A DNA stretch of 63,740 bases, the filler included, from Phoronis australis (lineage: Eukaryota; Animalia; Phoronida): NCBI GenBank assembly GCA_002633005.1. It is 7 parts of 7 records of this genome, joined end to end, with 100 filler letters (N's around TTAATTAATTAA, not from the genome) between each part and the next. Parts side by side here need not be neighbours in the genome. Positions count along the whole stretch, not along the records: positions 8,060 to 31,581 come from NMRA01000088.1; positions 31,682 to 36,005 come from NMRA01002624.1; positions 36,106 to 39,290 come from NMRA01003161.1; 4 more parts are not named here. One strand, given 5' to 3'. The translations under genes and the position numbers were made by a program. Positions 24,900 through 37,330 of the stretch are shown one piece after another. The notes below the pieces were generated by a model, which worked only from the letters and a program-made list of their open reading frames with translations, was not told the DNA's origin and did not search any database. The stretch's first letter is position 1. The number at the start of each line of letters is the position of its first letter.

Positions 24900-26246
24900 A
24901 GTGAACACTGTGTGGGGGAGACTTCATGGAAACTGGGATATGTTCTGTAGAGAAATCAAGTTTCTTGTGAGAAAAGCGCGGATATCGCGTGAATGAAAGG
25001 TATTTCGGGACTAAAGTTGAAACCGTACTAGGCTATAGGCTAGCAAAATGGCAACTGCTGAAATGGTTGGCTGCTAGGATGGAATTTTGCAATATAGGAG
25101 AAAATTCGCATTATTCCATGATACCAGAAGTGGAGATTTATTGCTGCAAATGATTTGCACTAATGCATGTACCCTTGCTTCCTGGTAAACACTGTAGTTC
25201 AGTTTGCGCTAATCTGATACAATAGGAGGATCACTTTGTTTCACGGAACTAGATGAGAAAGTTGTTTTAAATATCTGTCAATAGGTAAAACCATGTTTTC
25301 TGTTATCCTTTTAAGTATCCCACAGCACAACAGTGGTAATTTGATGGCATGTTGAATGCAAATAATTTCGAAAAAATGCAGTGAAATCCCATTGTTTTAA
25401 ACCTCATCCAAATTTATCCAAATCAAAGGAGAATACTCCAGGCGGCACTGAAAATTGTCCACATATTAAGCACTCTATAATCATCCAGTGATAACAAATA
25501 GCATTTCCTCAGTGTTAATCTACCAATTAACAAAGAAAAATGAATTAAGCCATGTAAGTTCATCAAACTGGATTCATGATATTTCTTACTGTGATAAGGC
25601 TGTACATACATCGAAATCATCAGCAACCCAAGAAAGTGACTCGGACTTTGTTGGGGTTGGCAACTCTAAAACAGCGATTTAGAAAATGGTGCGTGTATGC
25701 ATTGCCAGTGGTTCGAGTTACTGGCTCGTTCAGCCGCAATTCAATATTGGATGAGAGTGGTGATTTTTGAACTACAAAGTACTTAGGCTACGAATTCAAC
25801 ATTCACAGCTGATCAGCCCCTTTAAGTCGGCGTGCACTATTTCGATATACAGCATTACAAAGTGCTTGACTTCTTAGTTGTCACTATTTGTTGACAGACG
25901 GGCCATTATATCGAATATTCATGACATACTAAAGAATATTCGACTGATATTTGTTCAAAAGGCAGCATCAAACCAGAAAGTGGTCTTCCGAGATCTGTAC
26001 AATGTCAATGTGTTTAATATCCTCATGCCATAGGATAAATTTTGATATCTAATTATGTTTGTAAGTCTTCTTATGCATTTTGCCGAGTATTGTTACTTTA
26101 AACAGATGTTATGATTCTCTTGAGAAAGCTACATGTTGGACATAAAACACTATGCAATTGAAGCTTAATGTCAAAATGTTAATTGAATATCCTTGGTGTT
26201 CATTCGAATAACACAGTGACCTAATTCCTGCCCTAGATAAAACAAA

Positions 26247-29200
26247 ATGGAATTCGATGATGACGATATCGAGGCACTCGTTATAGACAACGGATCAGGG
26301 GTATTCAAGGCAGGATTCTCAGGAGACGATGCCCCAAGGGTGGTCTTTCCTTCAATTGTGGGACGACAGAGTCACCAAGTGAGTTTTCAAATCAATACAT
26401 TAATTTTTATTTGGTAAGAAGATACAAATTCCAATTAATCATGTCTTTGACTGAAAGTTAATATTGGTACGGAAATTAAATTTTTGAACAGAAAAAGTAA
26501 AGGTGTTTCAACCATAGCTGTAGTTGGTCAGTTCGTCTACTGTATGGGTGGCTTGAATAAAAAGTGATATTGCCTAGCCTGGCCACCTCACCCCAGAATG
26601 GAAGTCGTCATTTCAGCCAATCATATGAAAGAAGTATCAGTACCATAGCTGTGAAATAATACATCTTACATATCTAAGACATCTTACATACCAAAACAGT
26701 CAGTTTTTGCTCAGTCAACCACAAATCTGAGCTCTCTGTTTAAAGCAGGCATTGACTGGCGTCGGAGACAAAGACAGTTACATTGGCAATGAGGCACAGT
26801 TTAAACGAGACATCCTTACACTGAATTATCCTATGGAACATGGAATCGTCACCAACTGGGATGACATGGAGAAAATCTGGCAACATGGCTATAACCAGCT
26901 GCATGTCGCCCCTGAGGAGCACCCCGTCCTATTGACTGAAGCCACGCTTAACCCCATGGCCAACAGAGAGAAAACAACTCAAATTATGTTTGAGAAGTTT
27001 AATACCCCCGCCTTCTTTGTCGCCGTTCAAGCTGTAATGTCTCAGTATGCATGTGGGCGGGTCTCCTCAATCGTGCTTGAATCTGGCGACGGTGTTTCAC
27101 ACGTGGTACCCCTTTACGAAGGTAAGTGCCCCTTGTTGTACTGATGTTGTAGCTTTCTTAGAGGGTGAAATTTATGTATCTGGGATTTTTAAAACCGTAG
27201 AACAATTGGGATAGTGTAGCAGGAACACTGTATTCTGACCGTAAACCATTTACAACCTTAGAAAGAGACTACTTAACAGTTATAGTAAGACTCCCATAAA
27301 TCGGATCAGGGACTCATCTGGCAGCCGTCACTGGGACAACCACTTTCAAAAATGACAGCTTGGAAGGCAATAGAAAAAAACCTCTTTCAAGACAACATCT
27401 GCGTAAACGATGGGTAAACAAAGGATTTTAAAATTTCTTACTGATAAATGTTATTGAAACCTACATTTCGTTATTTCAGTTCTACATAAATTGAAATCAC
27501 AGACTATTACCGTACCACGAATGCCATATTGACTGTTGGCAATTGCTGGCAGCCATGTTTTTGGGGAAATAGCTTCCTGTCCTGTGATGTCAGGGTGACC
27601 TCACATGGAATACCCGCATATGGCGAGTGTCAATCCCATGATTTGTACCCCCACTTTTCAAATCCTAGATGAGTCCCTGGGAAGGATTCAGCGGGACTGA
27701 GATTTTGTCAAAGACAAAAATCTGACTTGCGCATGTTCGACTTATGGTAGTTTTACTGAGACTAAGTTGTTGGTTTCAAAATTGAAAGACCACTTGATAA
27801 CCTTCTTTCCTTACATATAACTTCCTTCTTAATTTTAGTACCTCACATTGTAAAGTGTCAAGAGTCTATTACATACATGTGATAATTAAAAAAAAATGCC
27901 AGCAACATGTCAACTGTACGTGAGAGAAAAACAGTCTGGGTTGCGGACGAGGAACTGATGCATAGGACAGAGCACTGAGTACCAGATATCACAAACTCTT
28001 CCAAAGTTTTGTGTACAAAAATGACTGATAAAGCTCCAGAAACCAATAATAATATGTATTTCTTGTCTCCAGGCTATGTCTCATTCCATGCCATTAATAG
28101 AATAGATCTGGGAGGAAGAGACATCACCTGTCACTTGATGAACATTCTGAATGAGCGAGGTTATACGTTCTCTACAACAGGTAAATATTTAACTGCCATC
28201 TTGTGGCATGACTACTGCTTTTCCTAAATAGAAACAACAGAAGTAGTGTAATTGTGTGTAATTGTTGTTACGAATTAGGATAGACTTCTTTAAATGATTA
28301 GTGTTCACCAAAGCTACAAAATGACAAAAAATGCNAAATTGAAATCACAGACTATTACCGTACCACGAATGCCATATTGACTGTTGGCAATTGCTGGCAG
28401 CCATGTTTTTGGGGAAATAGCTTCCTGTCCTGTGATGTCAGGGTGACCTCACATGGAATACCCGCATATGGCGAGTGTCAATCCCATGATTTGTACCCCC
28501 ACTTTTCAAATCCTAGATGAGTCCCTGGGAAGGATTCAGCGGGACTGAGATTTTGTCAAAGACAAAAATCTGACTTGCGCATGTTCGACTTATGGTAGTT
28601 TTACTGAGACTAAGTTGTTGGTTTCAAAATCTAAAGACCACTTGATAACCTTCTTTCCTTACATATAACTTCCTTCTTAATTTTAGTACCTCGCATTGTA
28701 AAGTGTCAAGAGTCTATTACATACATGTGATAATTAAAAAAAAAATGCCAGCAACATGTCAACTGTAGGTGAGAGAAAAACAGTCTGGGTTGCGGACGAG
28801 GAACTGATGCATAGGACAGAGCACTGAGTACCAGATATCACAAACTCTTCCAAAGTTTTGTGTGCAAAAATGACTGATAAAGCTCTACAAACCAATAATA
28901 ATATGTATTTCTTGTCTCCAGGCTATGTCTCATTCCATGCCATTAATAGAATAGATCTGGGAGGAAGAGACATCACCTGTCACTTGATGAACATTCTCAA
29001 TGAGCGAGGTTATACGTTCTCTACAACAGGTAAACATTTAACTGCCATCTTGTGGCATGACTACTGCTTTTCCTAAAAAGAAACAACAGAAGTAGTGTAA
29101 TTGTGTGTAATTGTTGTTACGAATTAGGATAGACTTCTTTAAATGATTAGTATTCACCAAAGCTACAAAATGACAAAAAATGTTGTCGTTGTCAGCCAGA

Positions 29201-30101
29201 TATTCACTGAAATCAAGGCTCTGGTGACTGTACCAATTGAATTCTCTTAAACTACTCTGCCATATATGGAATGGTGTTCAGCCTCGCCAGCACATTGTTA
29301 GACAACAACTGCAGGTATTACAAGGTCGATTGAATGCTGATGCTGATCTCCATAAACCATTTTTCTAGTCAATAATAACCATTTACCACAAGCTGACCAG
29401 TACGCATCGCCTCCAGCAACAAAATAAACATACTTTCTCATGAACACTTTGTGCAAAATCCAGTGTATTTCTTCTTGCAAATGTAACACTACAGGAGAAA
29501 GAGACATAGTGTGCAAAATCCAGTGTATTTCTTCTTGCAAATGTAACACTGCAGGAGAAAGAGACATAGTCCGGGACATCAAAGAGAAACTGTGCTACGT
29601 TTCGCTGAACTTTGAGCAGGAAATGGCAACACTGTCTAATTCTTCAAGCCTGGAGAAAAGCTACAAGCTACCAGATGGAAAAATCGTAACCATTGGCAAC
29701 GAGAGATTCAGAGCACCAGAAGCATTATTCCAGCCTTCTTTTGTTGGTGAGTGTATCGCTTGAAGGGTGTATACTCCTGCTTTGCAAAAACATAAGGTCT
29801 AGGGCCTAAACCAATGGACAAGTGTCTAGAACTTGAGAACTCGTAAAATGTAGAGAAAAATTCAGAGAAAGGAGAGCTATCATCAACTTACAGGAACAAA
29901 CAAACTTCCAAGCTTATTTTTTTCATGCCAGTGCATAAGTTACGCCATTTTACAAAGTAACCTGATTATTGTGTAATTTAGGCATGGACGGCCATGGTAT
30001 TCACGAGATGGTGTATGACTCCATTATGAAGTGCGACATTGACATTCGAAAGGACCTGTACTGTAACATTGTTGTGTCAGGAGGCAACACTATGTTTCCA
30101 G
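26247..30101 (+). CDS. Divergent actin, copy B (partial). Exons 26247-26378, 26746-27121, 28073-28180 (assembled again at 28922-29029), 29555-29746, 29982-30101; last exon not in the contig
   Basis: [31 protein letters not shown]..., with the same intron positions and phases as copy A. No stops. The contig ends in a transposon and a gap at 31582. Confidence 0.92.
29451..29570 (+). repeat. 60-bp duplicated splice acceptor in actin B
   Basis: Identical to the copy A duplication. Acceptors end at 29494 and 29554. Confidence 0.97.
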
Positions 30102-30881
30102 GTGAGGAGAGGTTTTCAGACACTGAATTTGTCGGTTACAGACCACTAAACTTGTCACGATTTAAGTGAAAGTCACTGAAAAGTGCGAAATGAGCACAGG
30201 CAAATCTTGTAGAGCCTTACTTTGCAAAATACAGTTTACAGGCTACACTTGCGTTGTGATAAAAGGCATCTCATTTGACTGCGCATTGTAACACGCCATT
30301 ACCAAAGGTTGAATGTTTTTAAAAGTATGAAACATTTAAGTGAACATAAACGGTAAGTGATTTGCATAGCTGTCAGTTCAGATAAGTTCTAACCAAAGCA
30401 TTAAATCTACTTAACGCAGATAGCAGCTCCACTAAGTGTTTTTGACACAAATAGCAGCTCCACGAAGTGTTTTTGGCAGAGAGCCAGCTTCTTCCCCATT
30501 CAGTTGGGCAGCCAATGATATCACATTTGAAGCACCAAATGGCAACCCTACTCCGAATTCCAACTCGGTGAATGTAGGATCTGTCAGTTATTCCCAACTG
30601 CAGAAATCAAAAGCTAGGACTACTTACAGGGACAGCATCAGTTTTTAGGCAGAAAATGTATTTTTGGGATTACTGTTGTGTGAGGCATATGTTGAGAAGT
30701 ACCATACTCGTCTGGGTTATCACCCGGGGCGATTAAATTAGGAATCTACAAAAACAGGGGTGGGCGGTAAGCATGGGCCCTTAAAAATGAAAAATTAAAA
30801 ATTTCGGGGGTGGGCGGTAAGCCGATCATGGGCATTAACCCGAGCGAGTACGGTAATTAGCTTTTACCGGCTATAAAACTA

Positions 30882-31581
30882 CCGTAATTGTTCGGGTTAA
30901 CGCCCATGCTCAGTTAACCGCCATCCCCGACTTTAGGTGGATTTTCGATTTAACCGCCCACTGCTCAGTTAAGCGCCCCCCTGCGATTTTTTAAGATTTC
31001 CAGTTAAGCGCCCACCTCTCGGTTAAGCGCCCATCCCCGAATTTTAAAGAATGAAGATTTAGCGCCTATTGCTAAGGAAACGCGCGATTCCCCGACTTTT
31101 AGAAAAAGATTGATCACAATGAGTGCAACGACGCCGGGACTCCGAGACGGTGGTTTAGCAATCTGAATTACAATACAGGTAACGAGTTATTGTCTTGGGT
31201 CATGAACTCACTTCCAAATATATTACTTGAACCTTTTTGTCACTTTATTTTCTTCCCTTGTTTGCAAAGTTTAAGAACGCCGCCGGCGTCAAAACCTCCG
31301 CTTTCAGCGACTTTGTCTGCCGCGTTGAGTTTCCGTCTGCAGTGCACTAGATGAAGCATATATTCGAAAAAATCAGGCCACAGAAATGTGACAATGGTTT
31401 TGCCAACCCTCCAAATTCTATTAAGGTGGGAAGCTCTCGTATTTTGAACAAATCTCATAACTCACGAAAAGATGTCAAATTCTCAATATTTTGATGAATA
31501 TAACTGCCGGGTTATAGAGGATGTGGGGCGACCGAAGGGACAGTACAAGTGCCTTACTGGGTTACCGATTTCGTTGCTGCC
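30882..31581 (-). mobile_element. Second copy of the 9961-11332 TIR element, inserted in intron 5 of actin B and cut by a gap
   Basis: Starts TA|CCGTAATTGTTCGGGTTAACGCCC and matches the reverse complement of about 10920-11332. Copy A has the empty site (CTATAAAACTA|CATG, ~20396). Confidence 0.82.
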
Positions 31582-33309
31582 NNNNNNNNNNNNNNNNNNN
31601 NNNNNNNNNNNNNNNNNNNNNNNNNTTAATTAATTAANNNNNNNNNNNNNNNNNNNNNNNNNNNNNNNNNNNNNNNNNNNNACATTACTTGAAAGCATGT
31701 TAACCCATTTACAAAGCATGACTTCCCACTCTGACTGAAACACCGACCTTTCTATGTATTGGGTCACGTGTTTTCAACTTTCGATTCATTTCAAACACTT
31801 GCCCTACGATATTTCCGGCCATTCTACTACTTTTGCACACCCCCACCTCTTGAAAAATTAATCACTATTTTGTGTGAAATTGTAGAGCAGTTACCGCACT
31901 CATAAAATGAAAAATGGCTGCTCCAACATTTTTGTAAGTGGACATGTCTGGAAAACACATTTTTATTAAACTGCGGTTATGAAGAAGTCAATTTCTGACC
32001 CTTAAACAAGACCAATGAATAGTTTTACCAGCAAAATATATTTATTTGTTCGCAAGTGAATCCACAAATCAATCACAAGTAATAAGCCTCAATTTCAATT
32101 ATTAAAATATAGGATACTATAAAAAAGTTCGTAACTTTATGACTTACAAATGGCACTCTTAGTCTTGACTGAGAACACAAAACCAAGAATACAATTATAT
32201 AATTCTTAACTCATTTAGCACATAACATGGCCGACATGTGAAGTTATTTAATCAAATCTTCACAAAACTAATAAAATATCAAGAAAATTTTCAGTCTATT
32301 ACTAGACATAGTTTGTAGTGTGTAGACATCGTAAAACAACATGAGGAAAATTTTCCATTACCTGCAGTAAAGTTATCAGTCATTAAAAATGGCAATTTGG
32401 CGGCCATTTTTGTACAAAATAAGCGGAGAACTACTGTATGTGTACGACGAAGGTATGACTCCTTGCTCAAACATCTAAAGAATACATCACCTGATGCATA
32501 ACTTCACATGTAGCAGATTCCAACAACTACATCCAAGTGAACAAAACAACTTTTCAAAAATATCTCAACACAGTCAACTGACTGCCACACACAAACATCA
32601 ACAATTAAAAGCACATTGCACTAGAAGATTATTATATCTGGTGCATGTAATGCATTAGTCTACAAAATGGAAGGTAAGAGACATGGCATCTAAACAAAAG
32701 GAATGGATGACAAAGCAAGAAGTGATCGACTCTAACCATGCATCGGTCAAAACTCACATTTTTCTGCACCAAGCCCTCAATCTGACCCCCAAGAGAGTAA
32801 CATACACTTGAATGAGACCTCCAAAACAGTACTGTATCCCACTGCCTCAATGCCCTCTACAAGTCCTAATATTCACTTTATTTAGCACAACCCAACTATC
32901 AGAACAAAATATTCATTTTGAGCACTAAGTGAGGCATTACAGTACATACTTTGTGGGGTTATCACCTTCTTTCCTATGTACTGACTGCGCGAAGTTTACA
33001 CTTCATCCTCGCGCATCAGTCTTAAGTCATTTGGGCTCGGCGTTTTTTTTTTGTGACAATTTTATAGTACGTTCAAGTTGCAATGGAACAGTGCGAACAA
33101 ACTGAGGAAGTTTACGCTTAGCTTTATCTGGTTTGGTATGTTCAATGACATTGAGGACATTTGTACAGCAGGTGAGCCCTAGAATTTTGGCAGGTATGAT
33201 CGTTTTTTTGAAGTGCATTTTTTCTATTTCAAATTGGCTGCTCCATTAGAATAGAGTGCTAATTCCACTTCGGCATCGGCGACTAGCACCAAACATACTT
33301 TACCAACCA

Positions 33310-33960
33310 TTACACAGGCTAATCTTTTCAAATTCATACATACCAATCAAGGTAGAGAATTTGAGAGTGAACTTATGTCTCAGCTCTGTTCCTTGCTCGA
33401 AATCTCAAAAACCAGAACTATGACACACAGACCAGTCTGACGGCATGGTCGAGAGATTTAACCGAACAGTCCAGCAAATGCTTGCTATGTTTGTTTGTCG
33501 ACAAGAACCGCCAAGACTGGGACATTGACCTGCCTTACGTTGTGCTAGCGTACCATACCGTTCCAAGGTGCATGACAATACAGGGTGTTCTCCATTTCAA
33601 ATGTTATTTGAACACAAGGTGTCGCTTCCCATTCCTGTCATGCTGGAAAACCCCAACGATTCCCGATATGAGACAGACGTACCTTGTTTGAATGCTTACG
33701 TAGAATGGTTAAAGTTCACATAGCAGTTTACACAGTCACGACCTTGCTCATGAGAAACTAAAAGCAAGTACGTCCAGACTACAGTCATATTACGATTCTA
33801 AACTTAAACTCACAGCATTTACGGTAAAGAGGGTGATTTGGTCTTTCGTTGGTATCCACCCGCTGCTAATCAGAAATTAGGTTGAGTTGGAGAGAACCCC
33901 ATCTCGAGATCGGGACCATTCATTACAGTTCATGTGGAATACATTAAGCCCTGTTTCAAC
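33310..33960 (+). pseudogene. Gypsy LTR-retrotransposon integrase remnant
   Basis: IHTNQGREFESELMSQLCSLLEISKTRT, SDGMVERFNRTVQQML and DWDIDLPYVVLAY, across frameshifts. Confidence 0.8.
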
Positions 33961-34649
33961 TCAGACTCGCGACAACTAGATGAGACTTTTCACTACTTAA
34001 ATTTGAACTTAAATGATCCCAATGGACCCAATGCTAGATAAAGAACCACACTGTAAGGCAACCATCTTAAATTTTCAAGATTTTGAATTTCTTTTTCTAT
34101 CTGACTCGGTCATCATAGTTACCAGGTTCACACCCTGAGGGAAGATGAATTAAGAGACTTGATCAAGGCTGGATTGGTAAATTTGGAAATATGCAAAGGA
34201 TAGCAGGCTTAGTAGAAAAATTTGGAAACTAGTGTCACTCATTTCCTACAGAAGAGTCAACCGAGCTAGAGCTTACACTGTATGTTATAAATCTAATAAC
34301 TCCATTCAAAGGCATATTTGTCATTCCTGATAGTCGGGACACGAGGACATTGATGCTGCTTTCATCCGGAATACATGAAAGCCAGATTGTCTCCGATGTA
34401 TGGGTCGTTTTCACATAAAGAGACGGTAAAGACATGACCAACTACTGCTGTGTATTTGTGGAATTATATTTATCATTCTGAGAAAATTCATCGTCAAGGT
34501 ATCTAAGTTCTAAGGATTTTTTCCCTGTCCACTGTGTTAAATGTCTTTACCGCTACTTGTCCAAAGTTGGGTTTGATAAAATCAAAACCTTATATTTACC
34601 AGAAAAAAAAACTCCATAGCTTTGAATTTTAATTTAAAACACTTGTAAC

Positions 34650-35620
34650 CGAATAAACAGCCAAAATAATAGAGGCAAAGATGTTCTACATATCATATCA
34701 GACAGTCCAAGAAGCCAATATAAAAACAGCACCAATTTTCAACTTGCATCAACCTCGCCATTCAGACAGTATGGATTCACTTACGTCACTTGGAACTTCT
34801 TAGAAAGCTCCCATGGCAATGGACCTGCTGACGGCATAGGTGCGACAGTCAAAAGTGTTGCAGACAGACTTGTTGCCTCTGGCAATGACATCATGGATTC
34901 CTATGCTCTGTTCAAGGCTCTGGATGGTACGATCAAGGTCAAGGTCAAATTGTATGAAATCGAAGGCAGTGAAATTGATGCCATTCAGAAAGTCACCACT
35001 GATTTTGGCACTCAAACTGTGAAAGGCACCAGGGGCATCCATCAAATTTTGATCCATGATCAAAACATCATTCATCATTGCACTTTGTCATGCTTTTGCG
35101 GTTCAAAGTGCAAGTGTCACAATCTGGCAAAAGTTGTGTTTAGTCATGCTTCATCAACGCACTGGCCAAAATAGAAAGAAGACTAAATGCTGAACAACTT
35201 TCATTGTTTCAACGAAGACTGGCTGAAGGTTATAATGTAATCTACCCTGACCTCTCTGTGCTGAATGCGGATAAACGGACTTGGGGAGCAGTTAAACTAC
35301 AAGACAAAAGGAATATGGGTGATGCAGAGGACAGAGGCAGTGCGGAGGGAGATGAAGACAGTTCAAGCAGCGATGAAGACCAGGAATGGCAGCCACCAAA
35401 CCATGAGCAATCTAAGAAGAAAATGAAGATGGATAGTTTCTATGCCGTGTGTTTTATCTGAAGGAAGAAAATGGTGTTTTATGTTGGTAAGCTGGTAAAA
35501 CCAGATGAATGTGAGCAATCTACTGCAAGGATGAAGTTTCTGGAGCGTACGATGGTGAACGGAATACACTGATATTCCTGGCCCTTGAGAAAAGACATAT
35601 GTGACATCAACAAGTCCGCT
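34650..35620 (+). pseudogene. DNA transposase remnant, probably Sola (Sola2-like DDD)
   Basis: One open frame from ~34680: IISDSPRSQYKN ... WNFLESSHGNGPADGIGATVK ... VKGTRGIHQ ... SCFCGSKCKCH. A decayed YVG..MKFL..YSWP tail follows. Family assignment is from motif memory. Confidence 0.55.
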
Positions 35621-36402
35621 GTCGTTACTGAAGTTGATTTCAAGGAATACGATCCACCTTATCATCTCGATAGTCACTTTGAAGTGGGCTTTTCCTCGAG
35701 GACCTTTGGCTGTGAAAGCAGTGGAATGCACAAACTCAGTAACACGCTCACAATTAGTGCCTCATAGCAGTGTTAGTTGGCATTATAAGTAATTGTTGTT
35801 CTTAATGTTAGAATGAATTGTAGTCGGTAATTTAAAGACATTGTTTCACACTAAAACAACTGCTTTTCAACTCAGCACTGCAGGAGCCCGTTGCTTGGGC
35901 TAGTTACTGTCCGCACAGCGTGATTAATTAGATAAGCCCAGCAGTAATGACCTTCTCCGACTTCAGCCGAATCAATTCTGAAAACAGACTAGGCGGTTAC
36001 ATAAGNNNNNNNNNNNNNNNNNNNNNNNNNNNNNNNNNNNNNNNNNNNNTTAATTAATTAANNNNNNNNNNNNNNNNNNNNNNNNNNNNNNNNNNNNNNN
36101 NNNNNCACGTTTGACTCATGGTTGCAAGTTTTAAAACGGCAGTGATCGAAGTGTAAACAAAACCCCGATCCAGTGGCTTTAGCCCAAAGAAGTACAGAGC
36201 ATAAAGCATAAAGGCGTGTGCAGGTAGGCCTAGTGGCGATGCGATCGGCAGCCTATACTTCCGACCAAGACGTGCGCATTCCAAGCACTTATTGCGTGTG
36301 TCGTTCATCATGTTTCAACAGGACCATTTTCAATATAGGTGGCGCTGCCGTGTCAGGTGGTAGAAACGTCATTTAGGTGAGCACTCTCTTTCAGGCATTT
36401 GT

Positions 36403-36486
36403 CATTAGCGGATTTAGGGGGGGAGGCAAATGCTTACAGCCGGACAAAACGTTGCCCCCCCTTGTAATATCCTAGGTCCGCCACTG
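36403..36486. mobile_element. Minimal (~84 bp) copy of the hAT-like MITE family
   Basis: CATTAGCGGATTTAGG ... CCTAGGTCCGCCACTG. The internal AAATGCTTACAGCCGGACAAAA is shared with 2451-2472. Confidence 0.7.
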
Positions 36487-37330
36487 GACTTTAGCGACTT
36501 AATCAGTAATTTGGTATTTCTTTGCAGCATACGGGTACAGTACGTCAGAAATAAAACCATATTTTCACGCTCCGTTGATGAATTTTGTTTAGTAGCTGGA
36601 CTTTTGAGTACTTGCATACAGATTTTCGAATACGAGAGCTTTACCTTTGAGACCGTGGCGACACGCATGATTGATTCGTTAATTAAAAAAGGAATAAATT
36701 ATACCTTGGGGAGTATATAATCTAACAGAGACGAATTAGGGCTTAGACTAATTTCGTTTTGTTATAATTTAGCAGCAATTGACATCAGGGAACGGGTCAA
36801 AGGGTTAACTGCACTCGAGTTGCCAGACCAGCGGGTAAGACATCTGAATGATTTGTTATCCGGGATCCGGAGTCGTCGTTGCTTACGGGTCGGAAACGGT
36901 GAATTCTATCTCTGGCTCAACTTCCTGACGTCACCAACCAATCACTTCAGGAGTAGCCATTCGATACTAAGCTCGAGAATAATACATTCGCCTTTCTCTA
37001 GTGCGGTTTTGCGTGATCTTAATATTTGACGAGATTCTTGTGCCTACTCACGGAATGCACCATACGCAAACCCGGAAGATGTCATATTTAACAACGGAGC
37101 CGAGATTTGATTCCCAATAACAAAACCCGAAGAGAGTTATAAGGTATACCGTATAAGCCCAACAAATGAGCGAATGCTCCTAATTGTAAAATTGTGCCCA
37201 TTTTCAGAACGTAGCCACGTGTGCCTATACACGAAACATTTGAGCAGGAGCCAAATCAACGATGAGAACTAAAAGTTTTCTTAAAACTACACCGATAAGC
37301 TTTAAAACTAAATTTTTAGTATTTAGCCTT

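Noticed and set aside
27488-29182. Apparent tandem duplication of actin B exon 3 (mutually exclusive exons)
   Set aside because: The two ~847-bp copies are near-identical, encode the same peptide and are joined by a single N at 28335. This is typical of unmerged allelic contig overlap.
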